Assembly: GCA_903882905.1 (NCBI GenBank)
Contig: CAIRYW010000004.1
Span: 115,117 to 172,205 of the forward strand
Length of the DNA stretch: 57,089 nucleotides
Direction: 5' to 3'
DNA from: an uncultured bacterium
GTDB taxonomy: Bacteria; Patescibacteriota; Minisyncoccia; Phycocordibacterales; CAIRYW01
Part shown: positions 46,909 to 56,012 of the stretch, one piece after another
How positions within the stretch are numbered: position 1 is the stretch's first letter
Layout of the letters: every line of letters begins with the position of its first letter
Notes under the pieces: model-generated
Database searches by the model: none
Told to the model about the DNA's origin: nothing
Seen by the model: only the letters and a program-made list of their open reading frames with translations
Made by a program: the position numbers and the translations under genes

Positions 46909-47167
46909 GCATCAGCATACCCAACAAGTTCTGAAAGCCAGCCCAACGGTCCACATTAAAAAAACACCCTCTGGGTGTTTTTTTTGTGAGCGAGGAGAAA
47001 GCTCTGGGAGAGCTTTCGTGGGGACTCGAAGGCCGGAGCGCGACGGCGCGAGGCGGGCGAGTAGCAACGAGTGTCGGAGTAGGCTTCGCAGAAATTTTTA
47101 CCACAAGGGTACTTCTGTTTTTTGTAAACAAAAACAAGTCGCGCAAAAAATTATCTGTGACCGAGTC
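46909..47167 (+). ncRNA. Decayed tRNA-Leu-like 3' remnant (R2) + hairpin + A-type structured element (expanded)
   Basis: R2 is about 90% identical to R1 over about 45 nt. Hairpin 46951-46988. Leader hairpin gaaagctc/gagctttc (compensated relative to the other copies). ggggactcgaa + GGCCGGAGCGCGACGGCGCGAGGCGGG core with extra internal hairpins, ending CTGTGAC-cgagtc. Confidence 0.5.
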
Positions 47168-47207
47168 TTTTTTTGCAAAATTTATTTAGGACTGGATTAT
47201 TTTTCAC

Positions 47208-47241
47208 CCTGTGGATAAACACCTATAGGTCGGTCCTTGGG
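47208..47241 (+). repeat. 34-nt direct repeat copy 1 containing a perfect DnaA box (tgtggataa) and palindrome ataggtcggtcc
   Basis: cctgtggataaacacctataggtcggtccttggg is identical to 48325-48358. Confidence 0.8.
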
Positions 47242-47247
47242 TATTTT

Positions 47248-48126
47248 TTATTTCTCCGCTACAACTGAAAGCCCCATAACGTTAACTCCTTGTACATTTA
47301 TTTTTTTGCTGACTTGTGTGACAACTATACTAGATGTAATAGCTGCATTTGTTCGAGTGATACTGAAACTACCTCCATCAAAACCAAGTGTAGAGGTAAT
47401 AGCAAGTGGCTGGTTTGAATAATTAAGCATACTGATAGGCTGACCTCCAAGTTGCTCTATAGTTTTTTTATTACCATTCACAATTGCCCAAGAATTAATA
47501 AAGGATACTGTACCAAAATTATCTAGAGGTACAAACGCATTTGTGCTATTACTAAATGGCATTTCTTGAATCCATTCCGCTGAAGACATTGAGGATACAT
47601 AGTAGACAGAAGTCTTGTAATTCTGATTTGTCGTAACATTATTAAATGAAATAATCCACGAATTTGCTGACTGCTCTAATATTGAAACCGTAATTGAATC
47701 TCCGGGTTTAATTGCTATAGGAATAATTACTGGGACACTTGGAAGAATTTCATACCATGCTTTATATGTAAAATTTGTTTCTGTTTTATTCAAACCTGTA
47801 TTGTCTGTTAAAGCATGAGTACCTACTTGTATGAGATCGGTTTTACCCATACCACTAATCCCAACCCATGTAGCATCAGCTGAATAAACAGTACTAGTGG
47901 CTTTGGGTACTATCCAACTCGCACCAATTCCGCTATATGAACCAGCCGCAGAGCTAACATACCCAGACCAATTACGCGAAGTAATTGCATTAACGTTTGC
48001 AAACGTTATACACGGGACAGCATATAAAGTAAAAAAGATAAACATAGAACTGAGAAAAAACACAACTCCCAGTGGAGTTTTTTTTGAATTTTTTTGATTA
48101 AATTTTTGTGAGTTGGCAAACAACAT
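47248..48126 (-). CDS. Secreted glutamic peptidase, G1 (eqolisin/scytalidoglutamic)-like
   Basis: 292 aa with a signal peptide. NWSGYV...GASWIVP...ATWVGISG...IQVGT...YKAWYEILP...SAEWIQE matches the G1-family block order (catalytic Q/E context). Confidence 0.55.
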   Translation of the reverse strand: MLFANSQKFNQKNSKKTPLGVVFFLSSMFIFFTLYAVPCITFANVNAITSRNWSGYVSSAAGSYSGIGASWIVPKATSTVYSADATWVGISGMGKTDLIQVGTHALTDNTGLNKTETNFTYKAWYEILPSVPVIIPIAIKPGDSITVSILEQSANSWIISFNNVTTNQNYKTSVYYVSSMSSAEWIQEMPFSNSTNAFVPLDNFGTVSFINSWAIVNGNKKTIEQLGGQPISMLNYSNQPLAITSTLGFDGGSFSITRTNAAITSSIVVTQVSKKINVQGVNVMGLSVVAEK

Positions 48127-48224
48127 AACTTTCCGTATCTGGGATTATAGCAGTAATATTTATTTACATTACAGTGTAAATGTGGTGAAATGAAGATTTT
48201 CTAAATCCCTAGATGCACTTTCAC

Positions 48225-48317
48225 AGCATTAGCATACCCAACAAGTTCTGAAAACTAGCCCAACTGCCCACACATAAAAAATACTTTACAAATTTGTAAA
48301 GTATTTTTTATGTGTGG
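48225..48317 (+). repeat. Decayed tRNA-Leu-like remnant (R3) + long A/T hairpin, without downstream structured domain
   Basis: cagcattagcatacccaacaagttctgaaaactagcccaactgcccaca aligns with R1/R2. Hairpin ccacacataaaaaatactttaca/tgtaaagtattttttatgtgtgg. Confidence 0.5.
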
Positions 48318-48324
48318 ACCAAAA

Positions 48325-48358
48325 CCTGTGGATAAACACCTATAGGTCGGTCCTTGGG
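48325..48358 (+). repeat. 34-nt direct repeat copy 2 containing a perfect DnaA box
   Basis: Identical to 47208-47241. Confidence 0.8.
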
Positions 48359-48370
48359 GTTTCAGTTATT

Positions 48371-48682
48371 CTAATTTCCAATTACGGTCTGAACAGCTTG
48401 TTCGGTCTTTTGGTCTGCATTCAAACCAAATGAATTAACAATTATCTTCATGATCGTAAAAGTCGAAATCATTATCATCATTCCAACAAATCCCCAAAGC
48501 ATATGCATAGTTCCTTTTGCTCTTACCTCTTGATCATCAGCATGGACAATATAGTCTTTAACTCCCCAAAGAAAACCAACCAAAGCAAAAGCGAACATCA
48601 AAATAATCAAAGGATTAACAATCAAAGCATTCGCTTTAAGAATGATTGAATCGAAAGATACAGCCGATGCAAGTTGATCCAT
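48371..48682 (-). CDS. VirB2/TrbC-like (T4SS-pilin-like) two-TM mini-protein, paralogue 7
   Basis: 103 aa. Core FALVGFLWGVKDYIVHADDQEVRAKGTMHMLWGFVGMMIMI has the same helix / charged loop / helix pattern as the six ORFs upstream. Confidence 0.5.
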   Translation of the reverse strand: MDQLASAVSFDSIILKANALIVNPLIILMFAFALVGFLWGVKDYIVHADDQEVRAKGTMHMLWGFVGMMIMISTFTIMKIIVNSFGLNADQKTEQAVQTVIGN

Positions 48683-48700
48683 TTTTGAGTTTTCGAGAGA

Positions 48701-49045
48701 TTAAATTGTTGGTCCGTGAACCGGTGATGTAACGTCTGTTCCGTTGAAGAATGTTGTATTGAGAATTCTTACAAAACCCCAAACAGCTGTCATAACAAAG
48801 ATGATGATAATTCCGTAAATAATAATTCCTCTTGCAGCTGCTTTTTTCTCTTCATCTGCACCTGCTGTAACATACTGAACCAAACCCCAAAGAAATACCA
48901 AAACAGCAATACCGATAACAAGTGGGATTATTGAGTTGATAAGATCTCTAATTGATAGAATCGCATTCTGTGCATTGTTAAAATTTTGTGCAAATGCAAG
49001 TAATGGACCCAATACGACAACACCTGAAATTAATACTTTTTTCAT
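48701..49045 (-). CDS. VirB2/TrbC-like two-TM mini-protein, paralogue 6
   Basis: 114 aa. Signal peptide, then VLVFLWGLVQYVTAGADEEKKAAARGIIIYGIIIIFVMTAVWG. Confidence 0.55.
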   Translation of the reverse strand: MKKVLISGVVVLGPLLAFAQNFNNAQNAILSIRDLINSIIPLVIGIAVLVFLWGLVQYVTAGADEEKKAAARGIIIYGIIIIFVMTAVWGFVRILNTTFFNGTDVTSPVHGPTI

Positions 49046-49235
49046 TTTTATAATTTTGCGAAATTATGTCGCGCAATCGTCTTTATGACGCGACGCTTAT
49101 TTTAATAATTAAATTGACCTTATTAATTTGTTTGTCCCTGACAAACCCTTTAATTTACTTAAATTGTAGCACAAACCCATCTTAAAAGTGCAAGATAAAA
49201 GTGGAAAACATAACCAAACAAAATCCACACAGGTA

Positions 49236-49622
49236 TTATTGGAATACGTTTGCACAAGAACTTGTGTTAATAGGGTTTGTACCCGAGCTTTTGAATTGAG
49301 GAATACCAAAACTTACATTAAAAGTCGAAGTAAAAATTCTTAATACTCCCCAAATTCCAACAATAACGAAAAAACCGATCATTCCGTAAATCATAAATTT
49401 GGTACCCTCACTTCTTTTTTCTTCATTATCTCCAGCAGAAACATACTTTATAAGTCCTCTAAGAAATTCTACAAAAGCAATCAATATTATTATAGGGACA
49501 AGATCTAGGGCTAGACAAATAATAATATTTACTAAACCAGCAAAACTTGTTGGCGCTGTTAATGCAAAAGCAAAAACTGGTGGTGTTAGTGTTAAAACAA
49601 AAATATAAATGAATTTTTTCAT
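49236..49622 (-). CDS. VirB2/TrbC-like two-TM mini-protein, paralogue 5
   Basis: 128 aa. Signal peptide, then FVEFLRGLIKYVSAGDNEEKRSEGTKFMIYGMIGFFVIVGIWG. Confidence 0.55.
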   Translation of the reverse strand: MKKFIYIFVLTLTPPVFAFALTAPTSFAGLVNIIICLALDLVPIIILIAFVEFLRGLIKYVSAGDNEEKRSEGTKFMIYGMIGFFVIVGIWGVLRIFTSTFNVSFGIPQFKSSGTNPINTSSCANVFQ

Positions 49623-49630
49623 CGTTTTGT

Positions 49631-50014
49631 TTAATTTGGTGTAATTGTTGTTGGTAATTGAGTTGGCAAGTAAACAGCTCCATCAAAAAAAGAACTGTAC
49701 AAAAGTTTTACAATCCCCCAAACACTTATCATTACAAAAAGTACAATAATTCCAAAAATCATTACGTTCCTGCCAGATAATCTCGCTTCTTCATTGTCAC
49801 CTGCTCCAACAAATCTCACAACTCCAATTAAAAATATAACTAATGCAATAGATATAAGAAAAGGAACATATGACTGCATTTTAAATTGAATGTAGCAACT
49901 AAGTAGAGTATGCAGATCACTTGGAGTTGTACTGCAATCATTTGTTGCCGCAAAAACTGGCACAGAAACAAACCATAGACTAGTCGACAATAAAATATTT
50001 AATATTTTTTTCAT
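49631..50014 (-). CDS. VirB2/TrbC-like two-TM mini-protein, paralogue 4
   Basis: 127 aa. Signal peptide, then VIFLIGVVRFVGAGDNEEARLSGRNVMIFGIIVLFVMISVWG. Confidence 0.55.
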   Translation of the reverse strand: MKKILNILLSTSLWFVSVPVFAATNDCSTTPSDLHTLLSCYIQFKMQSYVPFLISIALVIFLIGVVRFVGAGDNEEARLSGRNVMIFGIIVLFVMISVWGIVKLLYSSFFDGAVYLPTQLPTTITPN

Positions 50015-50016
50015 TT

Positions 50017-50475
50017 TTATGGATTTGTTGTTGCAGATGGAGGTAATGATGGCATTGTGTAATCAAATCCAAAGGTCGTACTAAGTATTTTTACGATTCC
50101 CCAAACCGAAACCATCACGAAAATTGCAATTATTCCATATATCATCATATTTCTACTTGCTTCTCTTTGTTCTTCATTATCACCAGAAGAAACATATTGA
50201 ACAACTCCAATTAGAAACAATAAAACTCCAAGCCCGATAACAAACGGAATTATACTGCTGCTGATGACACATCTTGCGTAATCAAAAAGTTTAGGGATGT
50301 CTTTTGGTGCAATACAGGTTGTTGCTGCGTTTGATGATGAAGTGCCAGCATTAGCACCAACTACCGCTCCAGTTACTGCTCCGTCGGCCTTTGCCAGATT
50401 AGGGAAATAAAGGCAAACTACAAAAGACAAAACTATAAATAAAGGAATTATTTTTTTGACTTTTATTTTTGACAT
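50017..50475 (-). CDS. VirB2/TrbC-like two-TM mini-protein, paralogue 3
   Basis: 152 aa. Signal peptide, then LLFLIGVVQYVSSGDNEEQREASRNMMIYGIIAIFVMVSVWG. Confidence 0.55.
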   Translation of the reverse strand: MSKIKVKKIIPLFIVLSFVVCLYFPNLAKADGAVTGAVVGANAGTSSSNAATTCIAPKDIPKLFDYARCVISSSIIPFVIGLGVLLFLIGVVQYVSSGDNEEQREASRNMMIYGIIAIFVMVSVWGIVKILSTTFGFDYTMPSLPPSATTNP

Positions 50476-50508
50476 TTTTTTTAAAAATATTAAATTTACA
50501 AATAAATT

Positions 50509-50883
50509 TTAACTAATAACTCCCCCGACTGTATTTACAACTGCTGTAATTATAACTTGCGCACCAATGAGCACTGCTGTTCCAACCAAAGCCCAAGTAA
50601 CAGTTGTTTTAGCTTTCTTGAGCTTTTCTTCATCTCCTTGAGCGGTTGCATAAAGATATCCTCCATACATTATTGAAAGTGCTCCAACAATTGCACCAAT
50701 TTCAGTAGCGGCAGTAATTATTGATTTCAGAAATTCTGGAATACTATTTGCACTTACAGGATTTTGCAGACCATTTGTTGAACCTATTGCTTGTCCGGTA
50801 ATTCCACCAAAAACAACCACAGCAATAACGAAAAATGTTACAACAAAAAAATAATTTTTACTCTTCTTTAATATGTTTTTCAT
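50509..50883 (-). CDS. VirB2/TrbC-like two-TM mini-protein, paralogue 2 (divergent)
   Basis: 124 aa. SIMYGGYLYATAQGDEEKLKKAKTTVTWALVGTAVLIG. Overlaps the next ORF by 4 nt. Confidence 0.5.
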   Translation of the reverse strand: MKNILKKSKNYFFVVTFFVIAVVVFGGITGQAIGSTNGLQNPVSANSIPEFLKSIITAATEIGAIVGALSIMYGGYLYATAQGDEEKLKKAKTTVTWALVGTAVLIGAQVIITAVVNTVGGVIS

Positions 50884-51470
50884 TTTGTAGTTGTTGAATT
50901 AACTGGTACAACACTTGAATTGTTTACTAAACTAAATGCGTCATTTACACCTAACGTTTTCATTATAGTTGCCACAAGCAACCATCCTCCCCACAAAAAC
51001 AGTAGACCTACAGCTACTGTGGTAAAAACCTGATGAGCCTTTTCAATTTTACCACTATTTCCTGCAGAAGTTGCATACATAAAACCTGCATAAGCTACAG
51101 AAATAGCTGCTAATGTTGTTCCAATAAAAATCATATAAACCATTAATTTTTTTGCCAATATTACTAAATCACTCCAACCACATTCAGCAACACCGTTATT
51201 TTTGGTATAACAATCAGGAGTAATATGAAAACTTGCTTGAGAAGCACTCTGAACTGTTGGGTCAGACTGTGATGTACCCTGAAGGATCATCTGAGCATTG
51301 TTTGGATTCGTAAGGTCAATAGATGTCACTTTGTTGGTTGGAGATAACGGATTTGAGTTATCTACCTGACCAGGTGGTGTCAAAGTCACCGATTGAGCAA
51401 AAGAAAATACTGGTACAAACAAAACTAGAATATTTAAAACAATTATTCCAATTTTTGCCTTTATTTTCAT
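50880..51470 (-). CDS. VirB2/TrbC-like two-TM protein with extended N-terminal domain, paralogue 1
   Basis: 196 aa. Signal peptide, an about 90-aa S/T/N/Q-rich region with 2 Cys, then ISVAYAGFMYATSAGNSGKIEKAHQVFTTVAVGLLFLWG. Confidence 0.5.
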   Translation of the reverse strand: MKIKAKIGIIVLNILVLFVPVFSFAQSVTLTPPGQVDNSNPLSPTNKVTSIDLTNPNNAQMILQGTSQSDPTVQSASQASFHITPDCYTKNNGVAECGWSDLVILAKKLMVYMIFIGTTLAAISVAYAGFMYATSAGNSGKIEKAHQVFTTVAVGLLFLWGGWLLVATIMKTLGVNDAFSLVNNSSVVPVNSTTTK

Positions 51471-51512
51471 TTTTTTTATTTTGCTATCAACTGTAAACTT
51501 TTAACTATAAAA

Positions 51513-52817
51513 TTACTTGAGCAACTCTTTTATTTGTAAATCAAAAGTCTTAACAGCGTCTGGCACACTTGCGGAACCGTTATTTACAGATTCAATCATA
51601 GTCTGAAAATAATTTTCAGTTAGACTTGAATCTGGGTCAAGCCAATCACGCCCAATCAAAACAGAACGTCTAAAAACTTCTCCAGATGAACTTTGGCTTT
51701 CACTACCCAATTGATCAACTCTAACTGACGGAAGATTTGTATCTTGAGAAAAATAACTCATAAAACTATCTCCCGATAACGCTGCGGCGTTTTTAAGAGC
51801 GGATTGTTGATTTTTTGAAGCATTTACGATAGCAATTCCATAAACTTTGGCATATGTTAGAGAGGTTTTAGCATCCTGTGCTTGTGGTATTACACTTACA
51901 TCAAAATTTAGATTAGGATTTCCAGACATGAGATCAGTATATTCACTTGCAAAACCAACATAGGTTGCTGATTTTCCTCTTAGAAATTGTTCATCTGAAT
52001 TAGGTAAAGATCTGTTCCATGAATATGCAACAGAAGATGGGTTAGAAAATTGAGTATAAAAACTCAAAGCTGCTTCAACTGGATTAGCTTCGGTACTTGC
52101 GCTGTAATTATAAATAGAACTAATTAGAAAACCATTTTGATATTGAGTAATAGCATTACCAGCTTGAAAGAAAAGAGTTGAGAGTATTTCCTTGGCATTT
52201 TTAACGTTTTGATATTCACCTAAAGGTAAAGCGCTTTGAAGAATAGTTTTACTCGTAGTTATATTTGAAATTTTAGGGATCAAACTGACCAAATCCTTCC
52301 AAGAAGCAGGTGGTGTTGGAACGCCAGCTGTCAAAAAAATGTCTCTATTCCAATACATTACTAATGGGTCAATTAAAATCGGCAATGCAGTAACACCACT
52401 ACTAGATAAAAAGATATTTGCTGGAGCTGCAAAAGCATCTTGGAATGTTCTTTGTGAAATAGTTGAGTATGGAATTACAGCAAATAATTTACTATTTTTA
52501 AATAAATGACCCTCTGGCATAATTACCATATCAGGACCATTACCTTGTGCTATCGCATTTGCTAAATCGTTATCAAAAGTTTCAATAGGATGCTCAGAAT
52601 AAAGGATATTAATAGAACCAGGTGTCTTTGAATTTACTTTATCAATGGCATCATTGATTGCTGTTTTTGATAAAACTCCCCAAACTGTTACCTGAACAGA
52701 ACTACCTGTACCAGTATTATTTCCTCCAGTAAAGCCGGCAAATACTACTATTCCAATAATAATAAATACAACAAAAACTCCAATGACGATGTACTGAAAT
52801 GTTGATGTGTTTTGCAT
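51513..52817 (-). CDS. Extracellular solute-binding protein (ABC SBP family 1-like), TM-anchored, no adjacent permease/ATPase
   Basis: 434 aa. N-terminal TM. GPDMVIMPEG...LPILIDPLVMYWNRDIF..AGVPTPPASWKDL is typical of sugar-type SBPs. Confidence 0.7.
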   Translation of the reverse strand: MQNTSTFQYIVIGVFVVFIIIGIVVFAGFTGGNNTGTGSSVQVTVWGVLSKTAINDAIDKVNSKTPGSINILYSEHPIETFDNDLANAIAQGNGPDMVIMPEGHLFKNSKLFAVIPYSTISQRTFQDAFAAPANIFLSSSGVTALPILIDPLVMYWNRDIFLTAGVPTPPASWKDLVSLIPKISNITTSKTILQSALPLGEYQNVKNAKEILSTLFFQAGNAITQYQNGFLISSIYNYSASTEANPVEAALSFYTQFSNPSSVAYSWNRSLPNSDEQFLRGKSATYVGFASEYTDLMSGNPNLNFDVSVIPQAQDAKTSLTYAKVYGIAIVNASKNQQSALKNAAALSGDSFMSYFSQDTNLPSVRVDQLGSESQSSSGEVFRRSVLIGRDWLDPDSSLTENYFQTMIESVNNGSASVPDAVKTFDLQIKELLK

Positions 52818-52880
52818 AACCTTTAGTTACTAATATTTTAGAACATCTTGGAAAATATAGCCAACGGTAACTGTGGAGGA

Positions 52881-52925
52881 AACTTAGAGACCCGACCTTC
52901 TCTTGAGAGGTCGGGTCTCTAAGTT
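52881..52925 (-). terminator. GC-rich long hairpin after the methyltransferase gene
   Basis: aacttagagacccgacct.ctc / gagaggtcgggtctctaagtt, directly after the stop at 52927. Confidence 0.6.
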
Positions 52926-52926
52926 G

Positions 52927-53454
52927 TTAAACTTTCCTCCAAATTATTCCGTAATGATGTTCTCCTGCGTCAATTTTTTGAACCATTTCAAATCCAGCTA
53001 GCAAAAAAATCTCAAGACCTTCAGATTCTTTAAAAACATGGTCTTTATGTGGACCAATTCCACCAAACGAATCACTCCATTCAATAAATAAAATTCTTCC
53101 TTTCTTTTTGACAATTCTTTTTGCTTCAAGAACTGCTTCTTTTTTATTTTCCAAGGAAAAAACAGAATTTGCCATTATTACCAAATCAACCGATTCGTCT
53201 GCAAGACTTGTACCTCCCTTTTTTTCTATATCACCATGAATTGGACGAATATTTTTTAGTCCTTCTCCTTTAGCTTCTTTTGCTATTTTGGAAATAAAAT
53301 CAGGATTAATATCAATTGCATAAACAACCCCTTCGTCGCCAACCATGTATCCCGCAAGAATTGAGTAATACCCAACTCCGCACCCAAGATCAGCAATAAC
53401 TGTACCTTTTGAGATTCCCGTTTGAAGTAAATTTTTTTGAGGATTTGAGAACAT
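52927..53454 (-). CDS. Class I SAM-dependent methyltransferase
   Basis: 175 aa. Motif I VIADLGCGVGYYS, motif II YAIDIN, post-II DLVIMANS. Confidence 0.8.
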   Translation of the reverse strand: MFSNPQKNLLQTGISKGTVIADLGCGVGYYSILAGYMVGDEGVVYAIDINPDFISKIAKEAKGEGLKNIRPIHGDIEKKGGTSLADESVDLVIMANSVFSLENKKEAVLEAKRIVKKKGRILFIEWSDSFGGIGPHKDHVFKESEGLEIFLLAGFEMVQKIDAGEHHYGIIWRKV

Positions 53455-53530
53455 TTTTTTTAGTTAAAAGTTTATAGTTGATAGTTTACAGGAAATTTTG
53501 TAATTTGTTTTCCACTGTCAACTGTAAACT

Positions 53531-56008
53531 CTAAAGACAAATAACAGAAGCTAATGAATCACCTTCGCGAAGTCGCATAATGCGAACTCCCTGAGTATCA
53601 CGTCCGAGTGTTGGGATTTCTTCAAGTGAACATCTAATCACTTGGCTCTTTTTTGAAATTGCTACCGCTTCTTCAAAATCTTCTGTAACAACTTTTGCAG
53701 AAATTAACGAGCCAGTTTTTTCTGTGACTTTGACGGTCTTCATTCCAGATCCTCCGCGTCCCTGAGTTTTGTATTCCTTAATGCTTGTCTTTTTTCCAAA
53801 ACCATTTGCAGAAACTACAAATATTTTTGCGTCTTTTGCATCTTTTTTAATGACATCACTTCCAACAACAGAAACTCCTTTGTCCAATTTCATAACGCGA
53901 ACTCCTGCAGCATTTCTTCCCATTTCTCTAACATCATTTTCTTTAAATCTTATTGATTGTCCGTCTGAAGCAACAACCAAGACGTTGTCATCTTTTTCTA
54001 CAAAAATTGCAGAAACAAGTTCGTCCCCTTTGTCCAATCTTATTGCAATAATTCCACTTCTGCGAACATCTTTGAAGCTTTCTGCTGAGACTCTCTTTCC
54101 TGTTCCTTGTTTTGTCACAAGCATAGTCGAAAGATCACTGCCTTTTTTAATTTCTTTTGGCATAGGAAGAATAGATGTAACTTTTTCATCGCCTGAAAGT
54201 GAAAGGAAGTTCATAATCGACTTACCTTTTGTAGCACGCTTTCCTTCAGGAATTTCATACATTTTTATTTGATAAACTTTTCCCATATCAGTGAAGAAAA
54301 GTAAATCGCTGTGGTTTGTTGTGGTAACAAGATGTGTTATGAAGTCTTCTTCTTTTGTATCAAGATCAACAACTCCAACACCACCTCTTTTTTGTTTTCG
54401 GTATTCATCTGGATGTGTTCTCTTGATGTATCCTCCTGCGGTGTAAACCAAAACACTTTCATCGTTAGGGACTAAATCCTCCATTGAAAGCGCCTTAGCC
54501 TCATGACTAAATACTTTTGTTCTTCTCTCATCTGCGTATTTTTCTCTTACTTCCTTTATCTCATTTTTGATGATTGCAGGAATTCTTTTTGGATTAGCCA
54601 AAATATCTTCGAGATCTTTTATAAGAAGTCTGACAGCAGCAAGTTCATCCTCAATTTTCTGTCTTTCAAGTGAAGCAAGTCTTGAAAGCTTCATTTCCAA
54701 AATTGCATTTGCTTGGCGCTCTGAAAACTTAAATGTTTTCATCAAACCCGCACGAGCTTCATCAACAGTCTTTGATTTTTTAATCAGCTTGATAATTTCA
54801 TCAATATGATCGAGTGCTTTTTTTAGTCCTGCCAAAATGTGTTCACGGTCGAGTGCTTTTGCCAAATCAAATTCTGTTCGTCTCTTTATGACATCTTTTC
54901 TATGTGCAATAAAACATTCAAGAATAGTTTTTAGTGAAAGGGTTTTTGGAATTCCATCAACAAGAGCAACTACGTTAAAGTGGAAAGGTTCTTCCAAGCG
55001 TGTGTGCTTATACAAAAAGTTCAAAACTGCTTGCGGATGACTTGCTTTTTTTAGTTCGATAACAATTCTAATATCTTTTGCGGATTCATCTCGGATATCT
55101 CTGATACCGTCAATTTTTTTATCGCGCACCATGTCAGCGATGGTGATAATAAGTTCTGCTTTGTTAACTCTGTATGGAAGTGAAGTAATGATGATTGATG
55201 AACCAGTTTTGTCTTCAATAATTTCAGCCTCACCTCTTACAACCACACCTCCTCTACCAGTTGTGTATGCTTGAACTAAATCTTTTTTACCAAAAAGCAT
55301 TCCGCCTGTTGGGAAGTCTGGACCTTTCACAAATTGCAACAAATCTTCTGATGTTGCATCTTTGTTATCTATCAAATAAGTCGTAGCATCAGAAATTTCT
55401 CCAAGATTGTGTGGAGGAATATTTGTTGCCATACCAACAGCAATACCAAGTGTTCCATTTAAAATAAGATTAGGTACAAGAGTTGGTAAAACAGCCGGTT
55501 CCTTTCTTGTGTTTTCATAGTTTGGTCTCCAGTCAACAGATTGCTTTTCGATATCACGAATCATTTCAACTGCAATTTTTGACATTTTTGCTTCGGTATA
55601 TCTATCAGCCGCTGGCGGATCTCCATCAACAGAACCAAAGTTTCCTTGGCCAATTACAAGTGGATAACGCATAGAAAAATCTTGTGCAAGTTTTACCAAA
55701 GCTTCATAGGCAGCTACAGTTCCGTGCGGATGATAGTTACCAGTTACGTCTCCAATAATTTTTGCAGACTTTCTTGTCTTGCCACCTGGATTAAGACCAA
55801 GTTCATACATTGTGTAAATTATTCTTCGGTGAACTGGTTTTAATCCGTCGCGAACATCAGGAAGAGCACGGTCAGTAATAACTGACATCGCATAGTCAAT
55901 GTAGCTTTCTCGCATTTCAGCAACCAAATTTTTTGCAACAACGTTTTTAGCAGGAATATTTTCCAAAACTTTTTCTTCTTTATTATTTTTGTCTTTTTTG
56001 TCTGGCAT
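53531..56008 (-). CDS. gyrA: DNA gyrase subunit A
   Basis: 825 aa. [15 protein letters not shown], active-site [10 protein letters not shown]-terminal beta-pinwheel repeats. Confidence 0.96.
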   Translation of the reverse strand: MPDKKDKNNKEEKVLENIPAKNVVAKNLVAEMRESYIDYAMSVITDRALPDVRDGLKPVHRRIIYTMYELGLNPGGKTRKSAKIIGDVTGNYHPHGTVAAYEALVKLAQDFSMRYPLVIGQGNFGSVDGDPPAADRYTEAKMSKIAVEMIRDIEKQSVDWRPNYENTRKEPAVLPTLVPNLILNGTLGIAVGMATNIPPHNLGEISDATTYLIDNKDATSEDLLQFVKGPDFPTGGMLFGKKDLVQAYTTGRGGVVVRGEAEIIEDKTGSSIIITSLPYRVNKAELIITIADMVRDKKIDGIRDIRDESAKDIRIVIELKKASHPQAVLNFLYKHTRLEEPFHFNVVALVDGIPKTLSLKTILECFIAHRKDVIKRRTEFDLAKALDREHILAGLKKALDHIDEIIKLIKKSKTVDEARAGLMKTFKFSERQANAILEMKLSRLASLERQKIEDELAAVRLLIKDLEDILANPKRIPAIIKNEIKEVREKYADERRTKVFSHEAKALSMEDLVPNDESVLVYTAGGYIKRTHPDEYRKQKRGGVGVVDLDTKEEDFITHLVTTTNHSDLLFFTDMGKVYQIKMYEIPEGKRATKGKSIMNFLSLSGDEKVTSILPMPKEIKKGSDLSTMLVTKQGTGKRVSAESFKDVRRSGIIAIRLDKGDELVSAIFVEKDDNVLVVASDGQSIRFKENDVREMGRNAAGVRVMKLDKGVSVVGSDVIKKDAKDAKIFVVSANGFGKKTSIKEYKTQGRGGSGMKTVKVTEKTGSLISAKVVTEDFEEAVAISKKSQVIRCSLEEIPTLGRDTQGVRIMRLREGDSLASVICL

Positions 56009-56012
56009 GTGA

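Noticed and set aside
44480-48360. CRISPR array (recurring about 35-45-nt palindromic units).
   Set aside because: The repeats are not regularly spaced, the intervening segments are genes hundreds to more than 1000 nt long, and no cas genes are present.
49109-49309. 66-aa ORF in and overlapping the 190-nt gap within the pilin-like array.
   Set aside because: It overlaps the 3' end of the 49236..49622 gene in another frame, lacks the family motif and has no hydrophobic helix pair. The gap more likely holds an internal promoter or terminator.
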